Below, piece after piece: positions 16,535-25,540 of a DNA stretch of 64,000 nucleotides. The DNA is from Oscillospiraceae bacterium (GTDB lineage Bacteria > Bacillota > Clostridia > Oscillospirales > SIG627): contig SVRV01000005.1 of assembly GCA_015064635.1 (NCBI GenBank), forward strand, positions 32,858 to 96,857, given 5' to 3'. Numbering within the stretch: position 1 is the first letter of the stretch; the number at the start of each line of letters is the position of its first letter. Under the pieces are notes generated by a model, which was given only the letters and a program-made list of their open reading frames with translations, searched no databases and had not been told where the DNA came from. The position numbers and the translations under genes are program-made.

Positions 16535-17750
16535 GCCCTCCACGCTTTCGGGAAGCATAACGGCAATACCTTCAAAATCCGATGCACACAGATTACTAAT
16601 TGCTTCACTTCTCTCGGATGAAAGCACCGAAATATATCTCCCCTCCAGCTCGGTTGACATTGACACAACGGTCATGTGTATCAAAGCACTGGGTGCCGAG
16701 GTTACAAAAAACGGAGATACTCTTTTGATAAAAAAAGGAAGCAGTGTAAACGGCGTTACGCTGGATTGTTCCGAGAGCGGCTCTACCTTCAGATTCATGG
16801 TGCCCGTGGCATCGGTGCTGTGTGATAAGGTATCATTTGTGGGACACGGAAGACTTCCCGACAGACCTATCAAGGAGTTACTTGACGCTTTAAGGAAAAA
16901 CGGTGCGGATTTTTCCTCCGACAGACTTCCTTTTACCAAGATAGGAAAACTGACAAGCGGTATATTTGAGCTGCCCGGAAATGTAAGCTCGCAGTATATT
17001 ACGGGACTGCTTTTTGCACTTCCCCTACTCGACGGTGACTCGGAGATACGTCTTACCACAAAGCTTGAATCCTCGGCGTACATAGACATTACGCTGTGGG
17101 CGCTCAAGCGTTTTGGTATCGAAATAAAAAAAGACGGAAGCTCCTTCTTCATTAAGGGTAATCAAAAATATATTTCGCCAAAGGAACTCAAGGTTGACGG
17201 AGACTGGTCAAACGCGTCATACTTTTTGGCATCGGGCGCAACAGTTGAGGGACTTGATATTAATTCTCCTCAAGGCGACAAAAAAATACTTGATGTGTTT
17301 GAAAAAATGGGTGCTGAAATAAACCGTGACAGTGGAATAAGCGTTGATACATCAAAGCTTTCGGGATGTGAAATCGACATTTCCGAAATTCCCGACACCT
17401 TCCCTACCCTTGCGGTAATGGCAACTCGTGCAGAAGGAGTCACAAGGTTTGTGGGCGGTGCAAGACTCAGAATAAAGGAAAGCGACCGCATAGAAACAAC
17501 GGCGAAGCTGCTTGGTGCACTGGGAGGCACAGTACATATATACGATGACGGTATGGACGTGGTCGGAGGCGTGCTTCACGGCGGTGAGGTTGACGGTGCG
17601 GGAGACCACAGAATAGTAATGGCGGCGGCAATTGCAGGTACGTTTGCAACGGGAGACGTCATCATACATGGTGCCGAAGCGGTATCGAAATCCTATCCGT
17701 CATTCTTTGAAGATTTTGAAAAGCTTGGAGGTAAATACCATGTCATCTGA
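16518..17750 (+). CDS. aroA: 3-phosphoshikimate 1-carboxyvinyltransferase (EPSP synthase)
   Basis: PSKSDAHRLLI, GSTFRFM, LPDRPI, KESDRI and DHRIVMAAAIA motifs. Start chosen 8 nt after AGAGG. Confidence 0.9.
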   Translation: MDVRIKPSTLSGSITAIPSKSDAHRLLIASLLSDESTEIYLPSSSVDIDTTVMCIKALGAEVTKNGDTLLIKKGSSVNGVTLDCSESGSTFRFMVPVASVLCDKVSFVGHGRLPDRPIKELLDALRKNGADFSSDRLPFTKIGKLTSGIFELPGNVSSQYITGLLFALPLLDGDSEIRLTTKLESSAYIDITLWALKRFGIEIKKDGSSFFIKGNQKYISPKELKVDGDWSNASYFLASGATVEGLDINSPQGDKKILDVFEKMGAEINRDSGISVDTSKLSGCEIDISEIPDTFPTLAVMATRAEGVTRFVGGARLRIKESDRIETTAKLLGALGGTVHIYDDGMDVVGGVLHGGEVDGAGDHRIVMAAAIAGTFATGDVIIHGAEAVSKSYPSFFEDFEKLGGKYHVI

Positions 17751-18816
17751 ATTCGGAAATAAAATAAAGATATCGGTATTCGGTCAGTCTCACGGTGAAT
17801 CAATAGGTGTTGTCATAAACGGTCTTCCCTCGGGAGAGGCTATTGATTTCAATGAGCTTCAAACCTTTATGGAGCGCCGCAGAGGTGGAAAAAACGCCTT
17901 TTCGACTAAGAGAAGCGAAGCGGATATCCCCGAATTTGTATCGGGAATAGCCAACGGAAAAACCTGCGGTATGCCACTTTGCGCCATTATAAGAAATGGT
18001 GACAAAAGGTCATCCGATTACTCCGAGCTGCTTGACAAACCCCGTCCCGGGCACGCTGATTACACTGCTTTTGTCAAATGGTCGGGCAACGCAGATATGC
18101 GTGGCGGCGGACATTTCTCAGGTAGACTCACAGCCCCCTTGTGTATTGCGGGCGGTATTGCTAAGCAGATACTTGCAAGGCGTGGAATTTATGTGGGCGC
18201 TCACCTTGACTCGGTTGCGGGAATCCGTGACAAGCGCTTTGAAATGACCGACGGAAGAGAACTTTTTGAAGAAATTGCCACAAAGGATTTCCCCGTAATT
18301 GATACAGTTGCGGGAGAACAAATGAAAGCTGCCATAATATCGGCATCGGGTGAGCTTGATTCTGTCGGAGGAGTTATTGAATGTATGGTAACGGGAATGC
18401 CTGCAGGCATAGGTGAGCCAATGTTTGACGGTGTGGAAAACCGACTTGCTTCAGCCCTTTTCGGAATCCCCGCTGTGAAGGGTGTGGAGTTCGGACGCGG
18501 ATTTGAGACTGCACTTCTCAAAGGCTCTGAAAACAATGACCCATACATTATTGAAAACGGTGAGATCAAAACAGCAACAAACAATGCAGGCGGAATACTT
18601 GGAGGAATCACAAACGGTGCACCGGTTGTCGTGAGGACAGCAATAAAGCCGACTCCGTCAATTTCACGAGAGCAGGACACTGTAAGCCTTTCCGAAATGA
18701 CTGCCCAAAAGCTTGTTGTAAAGGGACGTCATGACCCATGCATTGCACAAAGAGCGGTACCCGTAGTTGAAGCTGTAACCGCTGCGGTGTTGCTGGATAT
18801 GCTTATTGGAGGTTAA
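17740..18816 (+). CDS. aroC: Chorismate synthase
   Basis: FGQSHGESIG, RPGHADY, SGRLTAP and GRHDPC motifs. Overlaps the aroA end by 11 nt. Confidence 0.9.
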   Translation: MSSEFGNKIKISVFGQSHGESIGVVINGLPSGEAIDFNELQTFMERRRGGKNAFSTKRSEADIPEFVSGIANGKTCGMPLCAIIRNGDKRSSDYSELLDKPRPGHADYTAFVKWSGNADMRGGGHFSGRLTAPLCIAGGIAKQILARRGIYVGAHLDSVAGIRDKRFEMTDGRELFEEIATKDFPVIDTVAGEQMKAAIISASGELDSVGGVIECMVTGMPAGIGEPMFDGVENRLASALFGIPAVKGVEFGRGFETALLKGSENNDPYIIENGEIKTATNNAGGILGGITNGAPVVVRTAIKPTPSISREQDTVSLSEMTAQKLVVKGRHDPCIAQRAVPVVEAVTAAVLLDMLIGG

Positions 18817-18817
18817 T

Positions 18818-19954
18818 ATGGATATTAAAGAAACCAGAGCAAGAATAGACGAGGTAAATAATAAAATACTTGAGCTTTTCCTTGAGAGAATGGATTTGTC
18901 CGAGGAGGTTGTCAGATACAAAATCGAACACGGACTCCCCATTGTAAACAGAGAAAGAGAGCGTGAAATTCTACGTGAGGTAAAAGAAAAAGCGGGCGAC
19001 CGTGAGGAATATGCCTATCAGCTTTTCGTAAAGCTGATGGAGTTATCAAAGGCATCACAGCGTGAAATAATGTCGGGTGACACAAAAATAAAGGGCGAGA
19101 TTGAAAAGGCACTGCTACCTGCAGACAAGACCTTCCCGAAAATCGGCACTGTTGCATGTCAGGGCGTTGAGGGAGCCAATTCGCAAATTGCCGCCGACAA
19201 GCTTTTACCGAGAGGCGACATTATGTTCGTCAAGACCTTTGAAGCTGTATTCGATGCGGTTGAATCGGGATTTTCACAGTTTGGTGTTCTGCCCATTGAG
19301 AATAACACTCACGGTTCGGTAAGAAAGGTTTATGAGCTTTTACAAAAGAAGCACTTCCACATTGTCCGCTCAACCTCTCTTAATATTCGTCACGAGCTTC
19401 TTGTAAAGCCGGGCACCGAGCTTTCCGACATAAAGGTTGTCCGCTCACACGAGCAAGCTATCGGACAATGTCAGAAATTCCTGTCCACACTGGGAAAGAA
19501 TGTTATAATTGAGCCTTGTCCCAATACCGCCATGGCGGCAAAGGATGTTTCCCTCTCCGACGGAAGCATTGCGGCTATTGCAAGTCACGATTGTGCGGAG
19601 CTTTACGGGCTTTCAATACTCCGTGATGACATTCAGGACAGCGACAACAACTACACAAAATTCATTCTCATAGAAAAAGACCTTTCCATATACGCGGGAG
19701 CAAACCGAATAAGCCTTATTCTCGCAACCCCAAACAAGCCGGGTGCTCTCAGTGATATTCTTAATATGTTCTCATCCCACGGCGTGAATATGGTTAAGCT
19801 CGAAAGCTGTCCCGTCACAGGCAGAAATTTTGAGTTCATCTTCTATATTGAGCTTGATGCATCGGTAAGAGACAGCGGTGTCCTTCCCATGCTCGAGGAG
19901 CTTGAGCGTACCTGCGACGGCTTCACCTTCCTCGGTAACTATCCTGTGGTATGA
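18818..19954 (+). CDS. pheA: Bifunctional chorismate mutase / prephenate dehydratase with a C-terminal ACT domain
   Basis: N-terminal AroQ-type CM helix pattern (RIDEVNNKILELFLERMDLSEEV), a PDT core (PIENNTHGSV) and an ACT-like tail (NKPGALSDIL). GGAGG RBS. Confidence 0.85.
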   Translation: MDIKETRARIDEVNNKILELFLERMDLSEEVVRYKIEHGLPIVNREREREILREVKEKAGDREEYAYQLFVKLMELSKASQREIMSGDTKIKGEIEKALLPADKTFPKIGTVACQGVEGANSQIAADKLLPRGDIMFVKTFEAVFDAVESGFSQFGVLPIENNTHGSVRKVYELLQKKHFHIVRSTSLNIRHELLVKPGTELSDIKVVRSHEQAIGQCQKFLSTLGKNVIIEPCPNTAMAAKDVSLSDGSIAAIASHDCAELYGLSILRDDIQDSDNNYTKFILIEKDLSIYAGANRISLILATPNKPGALSDILNMFSSHGVNMVKLESCPVTGRNFEFIFYIELDASVRDSGVLPMLEELERTCDGFTFLGNYPVV

Positions 19955-21186
19955 AGTACTACGGACTTATCGGCAGACACCTCTCTCACAGCTATTCCCG
20001 TATGATTCATGTGGAAATGGGATGCAAGGAGTACTGCCATACAGAGCTTGAGCCTGAGAAGATTGCAGATTTTTTCAAGACTCATGAAATAGGCGGAATG
20101 AATGTGACCATCCCCTATAAAAAAGAAGTGTTACCCTATCTTGACAATATTTCCGAGGACGCCCGTGAGATTGGATGTGTAAATACAATCATCAGCGAAA
20201 ACGGACGTCTTGTCGGACACAATACAGATGCCTACGGCTTCCTTTGGATGGCGAAAAACGCAGGCATTGAAATGAAGGGCAAAAAGGTCGTCATCTTCGG
20301 CGGAGGCGGTGCTCAGCTTGCTGTAAGACGTGCCGCAAGTGTAGCAGGTGCAAGAGAGATAATTACCGTTTCACGAAGCGGTGAGGACAACTACGAAAAT
20401 CTGGACAGGCACGCAGATGCCGAAATACTTGTAAACGCAACTCCCGTGGGCATGTATCCCACCCCCGACGGACAGATAGTTGACCTTGACCTTTTCCCCG
20501 GCTGCGAGGGAGTGCTGGACCTTATATACAACCCCTTCCGCACAAATCTTCTGATTCAGGCTGAGGAAAAAGGAATCCCCTTTGCCAACGGACTTGCAAT
20601 GCTTGTGGCTCAGGCAAAAAAAGCGGAGGAATATTTTAAGGGGGAAAGCATCGACGAGAGTGAAATTCTCAGGATAATGAGAATAATTGCGGGAAACACC
20701 CGTAACATTGTTCTTATCGGTATGCCCGGCTCGGGCAAGAGCACAGCAGGGCGACTCCTCTCGGAGCTTTCGGGCAAGGAAATCATTGACACCGATGACG
20801 AAATTGTAAAGGCGACGGGTATGTCTATTCCCGAAATATTTGAAAAGGGTGGCGAGACTCTTTTCAGGCAATACGAAAGTGAAGCTGTAAAAAAGGCTTG
20901 TGATGGCTTTGGCAGAATAATTATCACCGGAGGCGGTGCGGTAAAGACCGAAGCGAATTTCCTGCCTTTGAAGAGAGGCGGAAGAATATATCATCTTGAA
21001 AGAGACATCACAAGTCTTCCCAGAGACGGCAGACCTCTTTCAAAAAATGCCGACCTTGAGGAGATGTACCGTCAGCGACTTCCCATGTACACACGTTTCA
21101 GAGATGCGGTGATAGATGTAAAAGAAAATGCAGATGAAACAGCCGAAATGATTTGGAGGGATTTTTGTGAAAATTCTTGTAATTAA
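19951..21186 (+). CDS. aroE: Fused shikimate dehydrogenase (AroE) and shikimate kinase (AroK)
   Basis: N-terminal half: SHSYS, NVTIPYK and NTD motifs. C-terminal ~170 aa: Walker A GMPGSGKST plus DTDDEI. ATGA overlap with pheA. Confidence 0.85.
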   Translation: MKYYGLIGRHLSHSYSRMIHVEMGCKEYCHTELEPEKIADFFKTHEIGGMNVTIPYKKEVLPYLDNISEDAREIGCVNTIISENGRLVGHNTDAYGFLWMAKNAGIEMKGKKVVIFGGGGAQLAVRRAASVAGAREIITVSRSGEDNYENLDRHADAEILVNATPVGMYPTPDGQIVDLDLFPGCEGVLDLIYNPFRTNLLIQAEEKGIPFANGLAMLVAQAKKAEEYFKGESIDESEILRIMRIIAGNTRNIVLIGMPGSGKSTAGRLLSELSGKEIIDTDDEIVKATGMSIPEIFEKGGETLFRQYESEAVKKACDGFGRIIITGGGAVKTEANFLPLKRGGRIYHLERDITSLPRDGRPLSKNADLEEMYRQRLPMYTRFRDAVIDVKENADETAEMIWRDFCENSCN

Positions 21187-21592
21187 CGGACCCAATATTA
21201 ACATGCTTGGCATCCGTGAGCCCGAAATATACGGCAAGGGAACACTTCGTGACCTTGAAAAAATGATAAGTGAAAAAGCAGACTCGCTTGGCGTTGAGGT
21301 TGAGTTTTTCCAGTCAAATCACGAAGGTGCTTTGGTTGACAAAATTCAGGAAGCCTACCAAAAGATAGACGGCATTGTCATAAACCCAGCCGCCTACACT
21401 CACACAAGCGTAGCAATCCTTGATGCGGTAAAGGCTGTGGGAATTCCAACCGTCGAGGTGCATATATCCGACCCCGACACAAGAGAGGAATTTCGCAAAA
21501 TATCCTATATCCGCAAGGCATGCATCGCTACCGTTAAGGGGAAAGGGTTTGCAGGATATCTTGAGGCAATGGATATATTGGTTAGCAGGTAA
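21167..21592 (+). CDS. aroQ: Type II 3-dehydroquinate dehydratase
   Basis: ILVINGPNINMLGIREPEIYG, SNHEG and NPAAYTHTSVA. GTG start after GGAGGG. Confidence 0.9.
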   Translation: MKILVINGPNINMLGIREPEIYGKGTLRDLEKMISEKADSLGVEVEFFQSNHEGALVDKIQEAYQKIDGIVINPAAYTHTSVAILDAVKAVGIPTVEVHISDPDTREEFRKISYIRKACIATVKGKGFAGYLEAMDILVSR

Positions 21593-21613
21593 GTTTTTTG
21601 TTTTTTTTATAAA

Positions 21614-21651
21614 AGAGGGAGGAGACTTTTTTGAAAAAGTCCCCTCCCTCT
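21614..21651. terminator. Long hairpin after the aro operon (terminator-like)
   Basis: AGAGGGAGGAGACTTTTT..AAAAAGTCCCCTCCCTCT forms 16 bp with one mismatch. Only a short T-tract follows on the plus strand (TTT); the minus strand has TTTTATAAAAAAAA. Confidence 0.45.
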
Positions 21652-21707
21652 TTACTCCCTCCCGAAAAACAAACTAAAACGAACTCATGTGTCAACACAT
21701 TAAATTT

Positions 21708-21740
21708 TATGCCGCATCAAAGTCTCCCTGATGCGGCATA
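21708..21740. terminator. 11-bp hairpin next to the esterase gene stop (terminator-like, no clear U-tract)
   Basis: TATGCCGCATC-(11 nt)-GATGCGGCATA. Confidence 0.4.
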
Positions 21741-21744
21741 AATC

Positions 21745-22758
21745 TTATTTGTTTTCCATTATCGCCTCGGCGATTCTCTTTGAAAGTACGGTTTTGGTCT
21801 GAGGATGGATATCATCTGTCTCGCAAATGTCTTTTGAAATAACAGTTTTGACATTATGTGTCATTTCCTGAATCTTCATCTGTGCCGCCTGAATCCTTCT
21901 CCAGCCATCGTTATCTCTGTACCAATCATCTGTGAAATAGTCGTGGAGCTGTACTACATAGAAAGGAAGGTCACCGTCTCCAAAGTCCTCTCTCCATTTC
22001 TTGATAAGGGCTTCAAGCTCAAGGTGATACACCTCCGACTCGGGCCCTACGGCATCCGATTCACCCTGATACCAGATAACACCGTTTAATTGATACGGAA
22101 ATACCTGACGGAATTGCTTTTCGTACAACGCTCCGAACTTATTCCATTTCTGATATTCTGGCATTGTGTGTCCCACAGCCTTTTTATCAATGGGGATATT
22201 TATTCCTATACTCTCGAATGTTCCCTCGGGTACCCAGCTTTCGATTATTGATGCCCCCTGACTGCAGCTTATCATACCAACTGCAATATTCTTCTTTTCC
22301 GAGATTTCCTTTCCTGCAAGGTAGCCTATCGCTGTCCAATCGTAGACAGTATCGCTTTCAGCCTTCACCCAACCGCTATCGAGGGCAAAAAGTCCGTTGG
22401 CGGTTATTTTATCCACAAAGAAGCCTCGCAGCAAATCTATTGACTTGTGCTCCTCCTTGGGAGTGTTGGTATCCTTGAGCTTAAGCTCGATATTTGACTG
22501 TCCCGCACAGAGGTACACCTCTCCCACATAGATATTGTCAATAACCGACTCGCCCTCATCCGATACAAGCTTCATAGTATAAGGTCCGCCATAGGTCATT
22601 GCGGGGAATGTGGTTGACCATTTACCATCGGTTGCGACAACTTTATTTATCTGTCCTGCAAATTCAACGCTTCCCTCTCCGTCACCTGTACCATAGACAA
22701 GCAAAGTCTTACCTGCGGGAAGAACTGCGTTTGACGAGAATATTTTATTGAATTTCAT
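21745..22758 (-). CDS. Sialate O-acetylesterase-like carbohydrate esterase (SGNH, DUF303-type)
   Basis: CAGQSNIE, WYQGESD and DDIHP motifs. 337 aa. Confidence 0.7.
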   Translation of the reverse strand: MKFNKIFSSNAVLPAGKTLLVYGTGDGEGSVEFAGQINKVVATDGKWSTTFPAMTYGGPYTMKLVSDEGESVIDNIYVGEVYLCAGQSNIELKLKDTNTPKEEHKSIDLLRGFFVDKITANGLFALDSGWVKAESDTVYDWTAIGYLAGKEISEKKNIAVGMISCSQGASIIESWVPEGTFESIGINIPIDKKAVGHTMPEYQKWNKFGALYEKQFRQVFPYQLNGVIWYQGESDAVGPESEVYHLELEALIKKWREDFGDGDLPFYVVQLHDYFTDDWYRDNDGWRRIQAAQMKIQEMTHNVKTVISKDICETDDIHPQTKTVLSKRIAEAIMENK

Positions 22759-22770
22759 AACTATCTCCTT

Positions 22771-24450
22771 TTATTTATGCTTTTTGAGAATAAAATCCTT
22801 AATACTGATTGTGTCGTCACAAACGGGTGTCACAAATTTGAATGTATAAATACCCTTTTCCTTGATATCAACATCCACAAGCGGTGCTTCCTTGAAATTT
22901 GTGTATCCGCCCGTAATGATAATGTTATCACCCTTGGCAAGCTCTTTTCCGTTGTTGTCGAAAACCGCTCCGACAAATGACGCATTGCCCACGGAAGCAC
23001 TTGACAAAAACGCTCTGTACTTGCCTGCTTTTTCAAGCTCCGCCGTAAATTCAAATTCGGTCTCCCAGCCGCCTGCAATCATAACAAAGTTACCGTAGTT
23101 TGTTCTGTCTCCGTTGAACTTGGCATCTGCCGAAATGTTATATACAAAAGTACCGTCATCGTCGAATTCAGCATCCTCAAACCTTGGAGCAAGAGTTGAA
23201 AAATCAACCGTAACAGAATTTGTACCCTCTACATACCAGGGTGTTACAGGGGTTATCTTAATCGACCAATTGGTTGCGGGGGTAAGATTTGAAATATTAT
23301 ACTTGAAATAATCGCTCTTGTTTTCTATAAAATAGTCGGTGAGCATTTTACTTGTCTTTTCAAGCCTACCTTCCGTCTTGTTGAAAAGCTCCGCAATGTA
23401 ATATGCACCCACGCTGTCCTCACCCTCGGCACTCTGACGCGGAGTGGGCAAAAACAAGGTTGCACCTGTCTCCGAAACGCTTCTGACCTCGATTCTGTCA
23501 CCGTCTGCAAAATAAGGAGGACTGCTCAGTTCACGTCTTTTATTGGTGTACTTATAAATACTTGTGTCGGGGTTTTCCTTGCCCCTTTCCCCTATCATTG
23601 CAGGGATATCAAGCACCCAATCTCCACCCTCAAGGTACTTTGGAGATGAGGCTGAAACGTAAAAACGCTTGATTGTGACTTTATTTGTATCGGTGTCAAC
23701 ATTCATCATAATAGCCTGACACGGCCAGTTACGGTGTCTGTCGGTGGTGTAAGGAGTCTTCGCTCCGTTACCGCCCATTATGGAGCTGGTATAAACAAAA
23801 GTAGTGCCACCGGGAATCTGTAAAATTGTCTGTGGGTCAGAGGAAGGAAAGTGCATATGACCGCTGAACATGACAAGTCTCGGCTCATGCTTTAAAAAGC
23901 TTTCAAGCCTTTCTGAATAAAAATCGTAGGGCTCACTTCCGTAAAGAGTGTTATCCACGGGCTCATGCACAAAAAGGAATACAGGCTTCACAGGGTCGGC
24001 ATTAAGTGCTTTCGTAACGCTCTCTATAATGAAATCCTCCTGCTCCTTTGAAAGGTCATTGGCATAGGAGTAGGGACCCGCCGTGATGAAATGATAGCCG
24101 TCTATAACTGTCACGTTTTCGGGAGTTAGTCCCGTTTCCTCACGGAATACACGCTTTGCAAGGTCACACACCTCGGGCTTCATATTGTGAAGGGGAAATT
24201 CGTGATTTCCCATGGCAAAAATAAGACGCCCCGAGCTTTTGAGCTCTTGAAGCCTTTCATTTGAGTTTATCATGGCGTATGTCTGGGCAGAAGGCATCGA
24301 CTCGCTCGTTGGGAGATATACTATATCGCCAACCATTATAAGAGAATCAAGGCTCTTGCCGTTATTAGAGAGCTCATATATATTATTGATGACATTTTCA
24401 AAGTCACCCTTACTGTTGTGCAGATCCGAAAAAATACCGAATGTAAGCAT
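22771..24450 (-). CDS. Calcineurin-like metallophosphoesterase with C-terminal beta-sandwich (CBM/Ig-like) domains
   Basis: The SDLH, GDIV, GNHE, VHEP and GHMH metal-ligand motifs occur in order. 559 aa. Confidence 0.7.
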   Translation of the reverse strand: MLTFGIFSDLHNSKGDFENVINNIYELSNNGKSLDSLIMVGDIVYLPTSESMPSAQTYAMINSNERLQELKSSGRLIFAMGNHEFPLHNMKPEVCDLAKRVFREETGLTPENVTVIDGYHFITAGPYSYANDLSKEQEDFIIESVTKALNADPVKPVFLFVHEPVDNTLYGSEPYDFYSERLESFLKHEPRLVMFSGHMHFPSSDPQTILQIPGGTTFVYTSSIMGGNGAKTPYTTDRHRNWPCQAIMMNVDTDTNKVTIKRFYVSASSPKYLEGGDWVLDIPAMIGERGKENPDTSIYKYTNKRRELSSPPYFADGDRIEVRSVSETGATLFLPTPRQSAEGEDSVGAYYIAELFNKTEGRLEKTSKMLTDYFIENKSDYFKYNISNLTPATNWSIKITPVTPWYVEGTNSVTVDFSTLAPRFEDAEFDDDGTFVYNISADAKFNGDRTNYGNFVMIAGGWETEFEFTAELEKAGKYRAFLSSASVGNASFVGAVFDNNGKELAKGDNIIITGGYTNFKEAPLVDVDIKEKGIYTFKFVTPVCDDTISIKDFILKKHK

Positions 24451-24523
24451 AATATTTATCCTTCCTTACCTTTTTTGAGATTATAGCATATGCGGTTGTA
24501 TTTTAAAAGTACTTTCTTAAAAA

Positions 24524-25441
24524 TCAATGCAAATTTTCTTTGACCTTTTGCACAAATTCCCTGTCATAGTGATTAAGTCTGTATGATTTTCTGAATATCA
24601 TCAAATCACAATAAGAATTATCGGGAATATCGCAATGAATCTCAGCAAGGTTATTCTTTTCGATGTGCTTTTTTGAAACGGGAGACGTAAAAGCATACGT
24701 TTCGGGGCACGAACGCAAAATACGGGTACGTGTATCTCTGTCAAAAACCGCTATTGTCTTACGGTTTGCGTTAAACTCAATTGTACTTCTTACCTCGGCG
24801 ATGGGAAGATACGGAACTATATAATCACCTTCGATTATCTCACAGTAGGACTCAAGGCTCTGCATTGTTATACGCTTCATATCCGCAATGGGACTGTCCT
24901 TTGAAACAAGAAGCACATAAGGTCCTGTGTGTATAGGCTCATAGCCCAGCCCTCTGTCATCTATTTCACGAAGGAAATACTTCTCATGCTCAGTTCTGAA
25001 ACGGATAAAAGCGATATCGTTTACGCTGTCGCATACATTTTTTATTGCTCTCACGGCATTTGTCTCACGGTATGTCAGATTCATCGTTATATCAAAGTCG
25101 ATGCAGTTCAAGAAATCGTCAAAGGCATAAGAATAGCATCCCGCTCTCGGTACGGAAACAAGAAAGTCCTGTTTTCCCACCACAGACGGCTTCATTGCCA
25201 TTTCCATCTCCTCAAGCTTGGAGAGAACCGATCTTGCACCCGCAAGAAAATCCGCACCCTTATCGGTTGCAATAACTCCCTTTGCAGTACGGTTGAAAAG
25301 TGCACAGCCAACGCTGTCCTCAAGCTCCTTGAGCGCTCGGCTGAGCTGAGGCTGAGTCATATACAGATTTTTTGCCGCCTTGGAAATTGAACCTGTGCTC
25401 TCTATTTCAAGTGCGTATCTTAAATGCATGAGATTATACAT
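24524..25441 (-). CDS. LysR-family transcriptional regulator
   Basis: N-terminal HTH LRYALEIESTGSISKAAKNLYMTQPQLSRALKELE. 305 aa. Confidence 0.85.
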   Translation of the reverse strand: MYNLMHLRYALEIESTGSISKAAKNLYMTQPQLSRALKELEDSVGCALFNRTAKGVIATDKGADFLAGARSVLSKLEEMEMAMKPSVVGKQDFLVSVPRAGCYSYAFDDFLNCIDFDITMNLTYRETNAVRAIKNVCDSVNDIAFIRFRTEHEKYFLREIDDRGLGYEPIHTGPYVLLVSKDSPIADMKRITMQSLESYCEIIEGDYIVPYLPIAEVRSTIEFNANRKTIAVFDRDTRTRILRSCPETYAFTSPVSKKHIEKNNLAEIHCDIPDNSYCDLMIFRKSYRLNHYDREFVQKVKENLH

Positions 25442-25502
25442 TTTTCTTGCTCCTTTAGTATTGATATATCAATTTTAACATATCTTTCCTGATTTTGCAA
25501 GA

Positions 25503-25534
25503 GAAAAATATCCCATGCCATAACGCATGGGATA
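25503..25534 (-). terminator. Rho-independent terminator after the 645-aa gene
   Basis: TATCCCATGC-(6 nt)-GCATGGGATA, then ATTTTTCTC on the minus strand. Confidence 0.7.
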
Positions 25535-25540
25535 TAATGA

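Noticed and set aside
16488-17739. Upstream in-frame start codons offered by the track for aroA (16488), aroC (17632), aroB (15437), pheA (18806) and several others (DeoR 48622, amidase 46704, DMT 46710, HAD 48617, rpsP 55308, prkC 60316).
   Set aside because: In each case a downstream ATG has a properly spaced Shine-Dalgarno sequence and matches the conserved N-terminus of the family. The longer versions add non-homologous residues that overlap the preceding gene.
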